This document shows positions 1 to 12,239 of a stretch of 64,000 bases of DNA, piece by piece. The notes below the pieces were generated by a model. The model made no database searches, had not been told where the DNA came from, and saw nothing but the letters and a program-made list of their open reading frames with translations. This DNA comes from Octopus sinensis (taxonomy: Eukaryota). The stretch covers positions 119,784,001 through 119,848,000 of the forward strand of contig NC_042998.1 in assembly GCF_006345805.1 (NCBI RefSeq), written 5' to 3'. How positions within the stretch are numbered: position 1 is the first letter of the stretch; each line of letters starts with the position of its first letter. A program made the position numbers and the translations under genes.

Positions 1-2293
1 TGCTGAATAAAGAAAATGAATGGGATAAAGAGAGTCTGCCGAATGTTGACCCAACAGAGGGACCAGCTATCCGAGTTGATAGTTCCGTGGTAGCTAAGGC
101 AATTAGAAGCATGAAGACAGGGAAAGCCCCAGGCCCATCAGGAATTACTGCAGAGATGCTCAAAATATCTGGCAGTGTCGGCTATAACCTAGTCACCCGT
201 ATAGTCAACCAGGTGATACACGAAGGAGTCATACCCAATGACTGGTGTAGCAGCATACTAGTCAACTGCTACAAAGGTAAAGGTGATGCCCTGGATACAA
301 ATAATTACAGAGGTATCAAGCTGTTGGATCAGGTAATGAAGGTTACGGAGAGGGTCATAGCCCAACTAATTAGAGAGAGAGTTAGTTTAGATGAGATGCA
401 GTTTGGGTTTGTCCCAGGGAAAAGCACCACTGATGCTATATTCCTGGTAAGGCAGCTGCAGGAGAAATACCTAGCCAAAGATAAGCCCCTGTACCTGGCT
501 TTCGTTGACATGGAGAAAGCCTTTGATAGGGTCCCCCGATCCCTCATCTGGTGGTCAATGAGGAAACTAGGGATAGATGAATGGCTGGTGAGGGCTGTGC
601 AAGCCATGTACAGAGATGCCGTAAGTAAGGTTAGAGTTGGCAGCATGTACACAGAAAAATTCAAGGTAGAGGTTGGGGTCCACCAGGGTTCAGTACTCAG
701 CCCCCTCCTATTTATCATAGTCTTCCAGGCAGTTGTGGAGGAATTCAAGACAGGTTGCCCCTGGGAGCTCCTCTATGCTGACGACCTCGCTCTAATCGCT
801 GAGTCACTATCAGAACTGGAGGAGAAGTTCCAGGTGTGGAAGGAGGGTTTAGAATCGAGGGGCCTTAGAGTCAACCTAGCTAAAACCAAAGTACTAATAA
901 GTAGAAAGTTAGAAAATCCACAAATATCCTCAGGAAGATGGCCCTGCTCGATCTGTAGAAAAGGTGTAGGTAGAAACTCTATAAGATGTACCCAGTGTAA
1001 GCTATGGACACATAAGAGGTGCAGCAATGTCAAAGGTAGGCTAACTGGGAAGATAGTTTTTGTATGTGGCAGATGCTCTGGAGCATTGACCTCCGAAAAT
1101 CTGCAGAAAACAACTTCCGTCACTTTCCGGGGGGAAAAACTAGAAGTAGTTGATAGCTTCCGCTATCTAGGTGACCAAGTCAGTAGTGGGGGCGGGTGCG
1201 CTGAAAGTGTAACTGCTAGAATAAGAATAGCCTGGGCAAAGTTTAGGGAGCTCTTACCTCTGCTGGTGACTAAAGGCCTCTCGCTCAGAGTAAAAGGCAG
1301 ACTGTATGATGCATGTGTACGAACAGCTATGCTACATGGCAGTGAAACATGGGCCGTGACTGCTGAGGACATGCGTAAGCTTGTGAGGAACGAAGCCAGT
1401 ATGCTCCGATGGATGTGTAATGTCAGTGTACTTACTCGACAGAGCGTTAGTACCTTGAGAGAAATGTTGTACCTAAGAAGCATCAGTTGTTGTGTGCAAG
1501 AGAGACGATTGCGCTGGTATGGTCATGTGGCGAGAATGGATGAAGATAGGTGTGTGAGAAAGTGCCAATCCCTAGCAGTTGAGGGAACCCGTGGAAGAGG
1601 TAGACCCAGGAAAACCTGGGACGAAGTGGTGAAGCACGACCTTCGGACGTTAGGTCTCACCATGGAAATGACTAGAGACCGAGACCTATGGAAGTATGCT
1701 GTGCGTGAGAAGACCTGGCAAGACTAGTGAAGCCATAATCCGTGGCCCCTACCTGGGACGTAGTCAGTCCACCTGTGCATACCTTCCTTCTTGTGACACT
1801 TGTGAAGACCTGTTGAGGCAAGTGAGAATCGAATCGAATCAAATCAAATCAAATCGAACCAAATCAAAATAGATGAACATCAATGGAATTTGTATCCTTG
1901 TGGTACCAGTGCCGGTGGCACATAAGAAAACCATCCGAACGTGATCGTAGCCAGTACCGCAACGACTGGCCTCCATGCTGAGGGCACATAACAAACACCA
2001 TCCGAGCGTGGCCGTCCGCCAGCCCCGTCTGGCACCTGTGTCGGTGACACATAAGAAAACACCATCCGAGCATGGCCGTCAGCCAGCCTCGTCTGGCACC
2101 TGTGCCGGTGGCACATAAAATCACCCACTACACTCTCGGAGTGGTTGGCGTTAGGAAGGGCATCCAGCTGTAGAAACACTGCCAGATCTGACTGGCCTGG
2201 TGCAGCCTTCGGGCTTGCCAGACCCCAGTTGAACCGTCCAACCCATGCTAGCATGGAAAGCGGACGTTAAACGATGATGATGATGATGATGAT
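1..2293 (+). mobile_element. RTE-clade LINE, 3' portion (runs off the left edge)
   Basis: Uninterrupted RT ORF, then an approximately 560-nt 3' UTR with (AAATC/GAATC)n, approximately 60-nt internal repeats, the palindrome CCATGCTAGCATGG (2243-2256) and an (ATG)n tail. Confidence 0.93.
3..1727 (+). CDS. RTE reverse transcriptase (partial, open from the window edge) with an embedded PHD-like finger
   Basis: Motifs KAPGPSG, NYRGIKLL, QFGF, FVDMEKAFDRV, GVHQGSVLSPLLF, YADD, FRYLG and RRLRWYGHV, with no stops from position 3 to TAG at 1727. Confidence 0.95.
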   Translation: MNKENEWDKESLPNVDPTEGPAIRVDSSVVAKAIRSMKTGKAPGPSGITAEMLKISGSVGYNLVTRIVNQVIHEGVIPNDWCSSILVNCYKGKGDALDTNNYRGIKLLDQVMKVTERVIAQLIRERVSLDEMQFGFVPGKSTTDAIFLVRQLQEKYLAKDKPLYLAFVDMEKAFDRVPRSLIWWSMRKLGIDEWLVRAVQAMYRDAVSKVRVGSMYTEKFKVEVGVHQGSVLSPLLFIIVFQAVVEEFKTGCPWELLYADDLALIAESLSELEEKFQVWKEGLESRGLRVNLAKTKVLISRKLENPQISSGRWPCSICRKGVGRNSIRCTQCKLWTHKRCSNVKGRLTGKIVFVCGRCSGALTSENLQKTTSVTFRGEKLEVVDSFRYLGDQVSSGGGCAESVTARIRIAWAKFRELLPLLVTKGLSLRVKGRLYDACVRTAMLHGSETWAVTAEDMRKLVRNEASMLRWMCNVSVLTRQSVSTLREMLYLRSISCCVQERRLRWYGHVARMDEDRCVRKCQSLAVEGTRGRGRPRKTWDEVVKHDLRTLGLTMEMTRDRDLWKYAVREKTWQD

Positions 2294-2381
2294 ATATATA
2301 TATATATATATATAAAACTATGTATATAAGCCATTGGCACCACTTGCAAGTGAATGTGACTTTGCTGCAAGTACCTATTTC

Positions 2382-2610
2382 TCTACTACCCACAAGGGGC
2401 TAAACACAGAGGGAACAAACGGATTAAGTCGATTACATTGACCCCAGTGCGTAACTGGTACTTAATTTATTAACCCCAAAAGGATGAAAGGCAAAGTTGA
2501 CCTCGGCGGAATTTGAACTCAGAACGCAGCGGCAGACAAAATACTGCAAAGCATTTCGCCCGGCGTGCTAATGTTTCTGCTAGCTACCAATCTTTTATTA
2601 TTTGCTTCAG
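2382..2610 (-). mobile_element. tRNA-derived SINE family 1
   Basis: B-box GAGTTCAAATTCC and the central GCCTTTCATCCTTTTGGGG...TAAGTACCAGT block shared with copies at about 17125, 17430, 32520 and 56515. Confidence 0.8.
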
Positions 2611-2863
2611 GTGACTATGTTGTCTCAATGTACATAGACACCCTCTCAGCAATCCTATACTTGACCCACTGGAATACTAAGGATGTGAGAGATGGAGGGT
2701 TGTATGAGCTTCTAATCATTTTCTCCAATGAACAAACTTGTGCTTAATTGGGAACACTTTTGTAGTAGCGTTATCAATGCACTGCACAAAGAATATGATA
2801 CATGATGACAAGACTGGACCAGAGTGAACTACACAGCTGTGAAGAGAACTACTTAACCATACC

Positions 2864-3760
2864 TACGAAGGGGTACCCAAAAGTAAGTGGAAACATTCTT
2901 TGTGAGACAAACCCATTGTAGTTCAGGCTTACAGCTGCTAGAAGTCACTAGATGTGACTCTCAGGCATCAATCTGCTGACCAGTGATGTCGGGTGGTGTC
3001 GTACTGCTATGTGATGTGTCTTTCTTTTGCAGTGCTTCTCCCCTGTTCTTTGATTTTTGCAATGACTAAAACAAAGCAACAGCGTGCTTCTGTGAAATTT
3101 TGTTTTCTGCTTGGAAAAACTGGCTGAAACAGTTGTCATGCTCCAAACAGCTTACAAGGACACTGCCATGAACAAAACACAAGTTTACAAGTCGTTTTCA
3201 CGCTTTAGGAATGGTCACTTGTTGCTTGAAGACCAACCTTGTTCAGGACGACTACCAACCTCCTGAATGAATGAAAACATCATAAAAATTCATGAACTGA
3301 ACTTGGAGGACCATCACCAAACAGTTAACAAACTTGTTGATATGACTGGTGTGTCCTGGAGCTCTTGCTAACGAATTTTGAATAAAAAGGAATTGCGAAT
3401 AAAAAGAGTTGCAGCAAAATTTTTGCCTTGCTTGCTCATGAAAGATCAAAAGCAGTCACGACTGAACACATGTCATGAACTGAAAGACTAGTCAAAGTTG
3501 ATCCAGATCTTTATTCGGAGGTCATCACTGGTGACAAATGCTGGTGCTAAAGAATTTACAGATGTGGAAGAGTTGAATGAAAAAACAACAGAGGCGTTAG
3601 AAGGCATCACTTTACATGAGTTCTAGCACTGCTTTGAATAGTGGAAAATGTGCCTGGATCAATGCATTGCTTCAAATGGAGAATACTTTGAAGGCAATAA
3701 AAGTGTAAACATGTAAAACTAAGTGAATAAAATAATATTGCAAAATTCTAGTTTCTGATG
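2864..3760 (+). mobile_element. Mariner-like transposon, internally deleted pseudogene
   Basis: Left end TACGAAGGGGTACCCAAAAG. Remnant peptides MTKTKQQRASVKFCFLLGK, EDQPCSGR and VITGDKCWC join directly to the C-terminal CIASNGEYFEG, so most of the DDD core is deleted. No right TIR seen. Confidence 0.8.
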
Positions 3761-3894
3761 CTGTTAAAATGCTCATTTGTTTTTACATTAGTAATATTAT
3801 ATTTTGTAAATACTATCCAAGAACACAACATGCTTCCCATTCCGGGGATTGAAGCCATGATCACAAGCCCAACATCCTAACTACTAGGAAATAT

Positions 3895-4110
3895 TATCAT
3901 CATCAACTAACGTCCATTCTCCATGGGTTGGATGGTTTGACAGGATCTGGCCAGCTGGAGAGCTGCCCATACTCCATTTGTCTGTTTTGGTATGGTTTCT
4001 ATGGCTGGATGCATACTGGGTGCTTTTTGTGGCATTGGCATGGGAACAGGGGCTTTTATGTGGCACTGATATGGGCACAGGGGCTTTTATGTGGCACTGG
4101 CACAGGCGCT
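3895..4110 (-). mobile_element. Degenerate 3'-end copy of the RTE family
   Basis: catcatca tail, ccatgggttggatgg and the internal ttttatgtggcactgg repeats. Confidence 0.65.
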
Positions 4111-5830
4111 TTTACATGGCTGTGTGGTTAAGAAGTTTCCTTCCTTATCAAGTGATTTTGTTTCATTTTCACTGCATGGCATCTTAGACAGGTATCTTCT
4201 AATATAGCTTCAGGTCAACCCAATACCTCCTGAATGAAATTTGGTAGATAGGAACTGTAATACATGTGTGTGTGTGTGTGTGGGGGGGGTTGTCTCCACC
4301 TTGACACTCCTTGGCAGTTCAACATGCAAAATCATGAAATAAAGCATGTTACTTAAAAACAAGGGTTGGTGTCAGGAAAGACATCTGACCATAGAATACT
4401 GCCTTAAGAATAAGTGTGTGTGAAATAATGGGCATTATGTTTAATGGGCAGCCTGTGTCCCATGGTACTTTCTGCATGACACAGCATGAAAAAATTACCT
4501 GAATTTTGGTAATGCATCCTGCTACTTGAAAAAGGTTGTCCATACCTGCCTTAAGTATTACTAAGGAGCAGATGAAATATTTATAAAAAGTGTTCTGGAA
4601 AACTGAACAAAACATTTTGACTTTGATGATATTAAAATATTTAACAGTTTTTATTTTTATTTTAAAATTTTTATCTAACATGAAGAGTCATTAGAGTATC
4701 ATGGTACCTTATATTTGTTCTAATACTTTATGCTCTGAGTGAGTTCAAACCCTTCTGCCTTTCATCCTCTTGAAGCTAATAAAGAACCAGTCCAAAGTCA
4801 AGTAAATTGAGAAGTTCTTGAGAAGTTGTGAAGAAGTCACATATGATAAACAGGGTGGGTAGAATATTCTGATACTAAAATAATTTCAAATGCAAAACAT
4901 TCTAACTTACTTGTTTATATTAAAAAGAAAATTATTAAATCAAAGAATAAATAATATATTTAAATAATATTACTTCAAAAGCCCCTCTGTAACGGTAAAA
5001 TGAACAATTTAAAAAAAAAAATTCTACATACATTAAGAAGTCACTTCAGAAATGTACAGTGTTCATTACAGCTAGATGTCCTTCCTGTCACTAACCCTTA
5101 CCTGTTTTACACGTAAGAGATTTTTTATTTCCTCACGCATCTTTGGAAACAGAGCTAGAGGATGATTTGTTGACAAGAAATGTCAAAAAAGTTCACCATT
5201 ACATACATGTGCATTCACACACAGACACAGACAGACAGACACACACACACAGAATATACTTTATATAGTTTACTTCTACTAAATTAACTCACAAAGCATT
5301 GGTCAGCCTTGGGCAAGTGTCTGCAATTGAAAATACCAGCCCAAGATTCAACAGTGGGACTGAATCCCAAACTATGTGGTTGAGAAGCAAATGCAAAAAA
5401 AAAAAAAAAAAAAGCAAATGCCAAGACAAAAATATAAATTTACTATAGAATTAAATAATAAATTACAATGTTTATAAAATAGCTAAGTTTGAGAAACCAA
5501 ATGTTTGGTAAGTAAGTGAAACATTCATGTGTTCTGAAAGAAATAAAGTTTATTCTTATAGTTAAGACTTAAGTCAGCTCTAATTGAGTAGACTTGGGTT
5601 CAAAGGTGTTATAGAAGATAGAGCAGCATTTGTGGGTCTCACAGATCTGGAGGTCAAGCCCCCAGATAAACACAGATGCACAGGCTGTTGTTATCAAACT
5701 GAGCGAGTTGAAGGTGAATATACAACGGAATAGCAATTATTTTGTCTTAGCTTTCACTGCTTATGCTAAACACGACATGTTTGCCTTACGATATGGAACA
5801 TTTTCTTTTCTTTCACTCCTTTTTAAAAAT

Positions 5831-6152
5831 GGCCCTCAGTTATGATGATGAGGTTCTTGTTTATCTGATCAACAGAACAGTCTGCTCATAAAATTAATGC
5901 AAAAGTGGCTGAGTACTCCACAGACATGCATACCATAACCTAGTTCTCAGGGAGATTCAGCCTCACACAGAATGTGACAAGGTTGGCCCCTTTGAATTAC
6001 AGCTACAACTCATTCTTGCCAGCTGAGTGGACTGCAGCAAGGTGAAGTAGAGTACCTTGCTCAAAAACACAGTGTGCCACAGGGAGTTGTACTCATGATT
6101 TTATGACCGTGGGCCGAATATCCCTAACCACTGAGCTATGCACCTCCACTCT
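5831..6152 (-). mobile_element. tRNA-derived SINE family 3
   Basis: Minus-strand head GGAGGTGCATAGCTCAGTGGTTAGGG followed by TTGAGCAAGGTAC...CAGTCCACTCAGCTGG; related fragments near 3830 and 17660. Confidence 0.65.
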
Positions 6153-6654
6153 CTTAACTAGAGAGAGAAAGATTGAAGCGACAGAGAGAGACAAAGGAAA
6201 GCATCAGTCATCTACAATGACAATTAGACTGAAATGTGATTGATCTTTTCTAGTTTCTTTACTTTTAACAATGAAGAAGAGGGAAAGACATTTAGAAATG
6301 AATAGAGGGAAAGTGTTTCAGGTGTTTATGTTTTTATTCTGTGAGTTCTAGAACAATCGAATGTTAGTTTTCTCTTCTTTCCCCCCACCCCCGGTACTCA
6401 TTCGCCTTTTTTCATAGTTCTTCATGTCTTTTAGTTGTGGGGAAAGGTCATGTTTTTTTTCAGGCACGTTTAACATTTTCTCTACAAACAAGCCCCTCCC
6501 TTCCTTTTTTTTTGTTCGTCACACAAAAACTAATGCAAATTTCAAACGGGATATAGCTGTGAAAGGAGCCTAGAAAATTGGGTAATACCCACTAAAAATG
6601 GGCGGGGGAGAAAAGTTGCCAACTGGTGGCTACACTAAATTCAACTCTATACTT

Positions 6655-6995
6655 TAAAGAATGTCTTCTACCATAGCTTCAGGCCAACCAAAGCCTCATG
6701 AGTGAATTTGGTAGATGGAAACTGAAAGAGGCCCGTCATATATATATATATATATATGACAGGCCTCTTTATATATATATAAATATATATATTAATGTAT
6801 GTGTGTGCTTGTCCCTACACCACCAATGTTGGTGTGTTTGTGTCCCTGTAACTTAGCTGTTCAGCAGAAGTGACTGACAGAATAAGCACCAGGCTTACAG
6901 GGAATAAATTCAGGGGTTGAGGTCATCAACTAAAGGGTGGTGCTCCAGCATGGCCACCGTCAAATGACTGGAACAAGTAAAAAGAATAAAAGAAT
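6655..6995 (+). mobile_element. SINE family 2, 5'-truncated
   Basis: Matches the body and 3' end (GGTGCTCCAGCATGGCC...GTAAAAAGAATAAAAG) of the copies at 18301 and 24672. Confidence 0.8.
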
Positions 6996-7306
6996 ACCTG
7001 AAAAATGTTCCGTACCACTAAACCAAGAAGGTTTTTCGAATATGTATGATGTATTTTAAGGCTAAATAGTAATTCTGTTTACGTTTGCGTAACTGAAATA
7101 TATTGGTTGATTATATAGCTATCGGTTTTACACTTCTTTCTGTATTCTGTAACTGCCACAACATAGAAACATTTCTCATGGCACCAGCACAGAAATTGCA
7201 GATGCTTACATTTTTTATGTTTTCCATGAATTTTTCACAGGCCCAGCTAGCAATTATTATCATTATTAATACAATATTTATACACATGTACACACTAAAT
7301 GGCATA

Positions 7307-7500
7307 TCTATTATATAAAATCCGTTCTGTTTGTTTGTGTGTGTGTCTTCTAGGATCTTGGGCATCCTCCATCCAATTGCACTCAAATTTGATATGTAGA
7401 TACTCACAGTATCAGGGCATGTATAAGTCTTCAAAAAGTTACAAAAATCGATTCCAGTGAGAATGCGATCGATAAAGCCGTGGGAATGTGCATTTGTATG
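7307..7500 (+). mobile_element. Helitron-like 5' end fragment
   Basis: A|TCTATTATATAAAA followed by GT-rich sequence, typical of non-autonomous Helitron starts; no matching CTAG end found. Confidence 0.45.
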
Positions 7501-10084
7501 TGCAAGTACATCAGCAGTTGGGATCGATGCTACGTGTATGCTAGAAAAATGCACGTGCAGTTTGCGCAAAAAAAAACCGGCTGGCTTGAAATAATGTCAC
7601 AAAATGCAGTATATTTAAGAGACCAAAAATGTAAGATGCAAAAGAGATATTTTCTTCAAACTTGGCATGAAGGAAGGAAAGACTATTTGGTTTCTCAAGA
7701 AGTTTTTCTTTGTGCCTTAACTTCGTTTAATAAAACCAAAAATTTTATAAAGGCATGCTTAATTATTTTTTAATGATAAGAAAACACTGATTGCTTTTAT
7801 TCAAGGAAGAAAATATTATTTTCTTGCTAATAAATGATTTTTGTTGCCTTACAGCTTTAAACCAAAAAAAGTGTGTTTTTTAGTGAAAGAAAACCATTAT
7901 TGTATTCAATCAAGATTGTTTGAGCTTTATTTCAAGGTGAATGTAGTCAAAATACTTCAATTTTAGAAACAAAAGACTATTTACTTGCTTCTTAATCATG
8001 CAATATTTGTATTTTCTAAATTAACCTACAATTGACCAGTTTATCGGATAAACTTATTATTGTCTCAGGTACGTTCTCTTCGGTTGCATATTTGTGGGAA
8101 TAAAATCGTCTTTCTTTGGAATAGAAAAAAAGTCTATCTTTATTTCTTCTTTTGCTGGTGTCTCAAATTTAGGTTAAATCAGTGTTTTTCAAAGGGGAGG
8201 CCTATGGGACAGTCAGACAAGTTGTTTTGAGAAAATTTGGTTTAAATGTTTGACAACTCAGCACCGTTCATTGGACTGGGAGGCGTTTTGCTCATTTATC
8301 ATATAAACATATAAGCAATGAGGATGGAGTGTACAACAGGTCTAGAGGAGATGGGAGCAGATGGGAAAGAGGAATTGTAAACATTGATTGATCCGGTTAC
8401 ATTTGAATAAAATAAGATGTATCGATGCAACTCTGAATTTTGATTATGATCAACCAATTACATTATCTCGTAAATTAAAGAATCTGATGTTATTTGGAAT
8501 TAAAGTTGGGAAATTTGGGCAATTTCAGCTAATCAACAGACAGCATGGCATTAGCAGCTTGTTACCATGACAACCAAACGCAGATTTTTCAGTTAATTCT
8601 TCACACCTTGAGATTCTTTTCACCCGCATGTTTAGTTTCAATTCTTCTGTGTGTTAGTATATTACATATTTTTCTGTACTTCTGTGTGTCAGTATTTTTT
8701 TTTGTACTTTTTTCTGTGTGTTAGTACTTTTCTGTGCTTTTTTCTGTGTTAGTATTTAAAATTTTTTGTTCATATATTTTTGGGACTCATTGACTCAGAT
8801 AGCTGGGTTTATGATTTCACTAGGTTAATTCTGTTCATAAAAATTTAAATTAGGAGTATTTCTCAAACCATTAGCTTCATATTTCAACAGTTTAACTGAA
8901 ATTTAGCCCACGTAACAGGAACTGAGAGGGATATTGTGGAACAGAGAAACTGTGGGTAATAGAGATAATTTGACATTATTTTTGAATTCTGCATGCAGAA
9001 ACATACAAGGTACAGTTATTCTTTTCCTTGGGACAAATTCTTTGTTGACTACTGTTATTCTTATCGTAGTTTACAAATCCAAGCATGAAAACGTTACTCA
9101 ACTTTGGAGTTTAGGAGACAGACACCACCTTCACATACACACACATGAATGCATAAATGTACAAATAAACATATATATATATGAATACATAAGTCCACAT
9201 GCACTTATATATTAATGATGTACAAAAATACATGACAAGTATACATAATACTGAAATATGCATAAAGTAAACACATGCAGACATACATTTATATAACAAA
9301 TTTTTAAAAAATAATTAAACCATACAATCAATGAAGAGACAAGAGAAACAGTAAGATGATACATGTTGATTTCATTAGGTATTTCTGTTTATTTAGAAAC
9401 CTACAATGAACAGGTCAGACGCTAAACTCTAAATTTCACAGGGAACAACCTTAAAGTCGACACTGCTTCACTAAATGCAGAAAATTTCTGTGTCGCTATT
9501 GGCTAAAAATATACAGTTTTTTTCAATTTTTAAACCTCTGTCACTTTTTTCTCCAATTTTTGCCTCCACAACATTATGCCTTCAAAGCAATGAAACTGGA
9601 AGGCCACATTATTATAGCTGATTTTCAGATTTTTTACTTTTCGTTTGAAAAATGCATATTTTGCGAATGAAAACTTAGCTGTTGTATCACAAACAAAATA
9701 ATAGCCAAAAGTGAGTGATGTTTATGAAAGCTATTCCTTAAGTATGTTAATGGTCACTATGCTAGAGAACCCATGCAGAGAAATACAATGGTTCTCCCAT
9801 GTCGTTTACAATTTTAATGAGAAGTTTTAATATTTAATTATTATTATTATTATTATTATTATTAATACAATATTTCATATCTGTGTGTGTGTGTGTGTGT
9901 GTGTGAGTGCCTACACACAGCGGAAACTGCTTATTGCAATCATTTGGGAAGAATAAATTTTCATAATAATAATAATAATTAGTTGATAATCAATTTTGAA
10001 TAAATAGTTTGGAACCTGCTAATATTGGTTTCAAATTATGGCACAAGGCCAGCTATTTCATGGAGAGGGTAAGTTGATTATATT

Positions 10085-10375
10085 GACCACAGTTTCTATA
10101 GCTAGATGCCCTTCCTAATGCTAACCACTTTACAGAATGAACTGGGTGCTTTCTACATGGTACCAACATCATCATCATTTAATGCCTGCTTTCCATGTTA
10201 GCATGGGTTGGATGATTTGACTGAGGTCTGGCGAACCAGATGGCTGCACCAGACTCCAATCTGATCTGGCAGAGTTTCTACAGCTGGATGCCCTTCCTAA
10301 TGCCAACCACTCTGAGAGTGTAGTGGGTGCTTTTACGTGCCAGTCAGGCGGTACTGGCAATGGCCACGCTCAAAT
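10085..10375 (-). mobile_element. RTE-family 3'-end copies
   Basis: catcatcat-ttaatg...ccatgttagcatgggttgg...ctggatgcccttcctaatgccaaccac. Confidence 0.8.
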
Positions 10376-10383
10376 GTTGCTTT

Positions 10384-10423
<40 letters not shown>

Positions 10424-11621
10424 AATATACTGTGCAACTGTTAATCCAGACATGGTTTGTTCTCTCCACCTTTGTTCTTCTCTCTTCTGTTTTCTCTCAT
10501 TTCTTTCTGTAGATGAGCATAGGCTCAAAACATCAAGGATTTTTTCCTTTTTCCTGAGCATCAACTTGTTTGTTGTTCCCTCACCTGTCACTAGCTTATG
10601 TTTTTTGTCTTTTGTATAATTTTGAACTACACACACATTCGTTTGGATTCATTAACTAGAGGAAAAGAAGGCTCATTATGTATATAGAATTTATTCATTG
10701 GTTTTGCTGATTAAGAAGAACAGAGCTGAAAGTCTCAGAGTTAGGGCAGTGTTAGCCTCAGAGTTAGTCCTAGCTTTACACACTCCTAATCGTCATCATT
10801 TACATCTGTTCTCGAAATAATATTTTGGGATTTTCTTGTTCTTATTTTTATATTTTGTAATTGGATATGTATTCTTAAACATATGCAATTCTTATACAAT
10901 GTATGATGTTTCAGGTAAGTTTTACTTAAGTTTTTAAATGATCAATAACTTGTTGACATACATATGCAATATAAATTTAATTTCCACTGATGTGTTTTCA
11001 AACTATTAAAACCTGTATACTTACTCATATCATCACTTCATTATCATTATTACAGTCAATACTTGGTTATTAATACAAATATTCTGATGTCACACACATA
11101 CTTATCAACATTATTATTTTATGTCCGTTTTCTTTGCTGACATCACATTATCAACAGCAACAGTGGAATAAATAGTATTATTATGTAATTGTCTTTTGTA
11201 TTGTTTCTTTCTCCTCTTTTTCTTATTGTGAATGAGGTATCAAGTATACAGGGTCAAATGACTGTTGGTCAAGAACTATTTAGGAACAGCAGCAAGATTA
11301 TTTGCTTAGAATAAATGTTCACATTTGAATTGAAATATGTACTTATTTGTCGGCTAATAAATAACTCTTGGGAAATAGCTGATAACTGAGAGATGGATTT
11401 TAATATAGAATACTGGCATCTTTTCAACAGGAACTTTTTGATTTTTTTTTATGTACACCTTTGTAAAAATTGTTTTCAGTTCCATATATTTCTTCACAAC
11501 TGCAGAAGTAAAATGTAAAATAAATTTTGCTTGAAATTGAACTCAGAACTATGAGCAGTAAGATAAAAAGTCACTTAAGTCTGAGCTCAGTAGTATGAGG
11601 TTTCTTCGCTGTTATATTGGG

Positions 11622-11701
11622 TCACAAATCATTGTTTTTTATGTAACGGTTCCCTTCTGAATGACGGCCAAAATATATGTATCGACTTTTACCATATCGC
11701 A
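11622..11701 (-). CDS. LRMDA: LRMDA exon 7 (coding part, to TGA)
   Basis: TTTCCAG acceptor; (V)RYGKSRYIYFGRHSEGNRYIKNNDL*, the conserved LRMDA C-terminus. Confidence 0.95.
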
Positions 11702-11820
11702 CTGGAAATAAAAAAAATTTCATTTAACTTGGATTATCTGAAAAAATAGGATTAGTGTTAGCTAGATAAATAGGGTTATCTGGAAAGTATGAGTATTATT
11801 TAGGGTTTATGAGTGTAGAT

Positions 11821-12239
11821 CAGTGGTTCTCAAATGGGGTTCATAAGGCCCTTGGGGATCTGTATGATTGAGTTGGCCAATACTTTCACTGGAGAGTATG
11901 CCATCATTATGATATCCCACACCCTAAGAAATGGTATGAACACCAACCAGAGCCAGTCACTGAGGGAGAGAATATTACCATCCTATGGGATTATAGGATA
12001 CAGACAGACAGGCAAATAAATGCTAACAGACCAGGCATCGTCACCAAAGACCTAAGACAAAAAAACATTAGTTATACTTCTGCAATACACAAAATATTAA
12101 AAAAATTTTTATGCTATTCCTAATATTTAATTATAAAAGTATAAGATTTTTTTAAACATCAAATGGTTAGGAAGGTCTGTCCGAGTAAAATAGTAACCAA
12201 AGGGGTCCATTGGTAAAAAAAATGGTTGAGAAACCTTAG
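11821..12239. mobile_element. hAT/Charlie-type MITE carrying a 200-bp LINE fragment
   Basis: Left TIR CAGTGGTTCTCAA, degenerate right TIR TTGAGAAACC; internal 11864-12066 matches 16555-16757. Confidence 0.65.

Noticed and set aside
329-1483. Antisense ORFs over the RTE, and similar ones over the RTE at 34069-34806 and the Gypsy
   Set aside because: Shadow ORFs of coding TE sequence with no independent motifs
1880-2130. Repeats of about 60 nt, superficially CRISPR-like
   Set aside because: They are imperfect tandem units of the RTE 3' UTR with no unique spacers and no cas genes, in a eukaryotic context
9445-9745. TTAA-bounded segment resembling a Kolobok element
   Set aside because: The two ends are not inverted repeats of each other
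10690-10695. Candidate AATAAA for LRMDA on the minus strand, about 930 nt after the stop
   Set aside because: The hexamer is common in AT-rich DNA; the 3' end cannot be fixed from sequence alone
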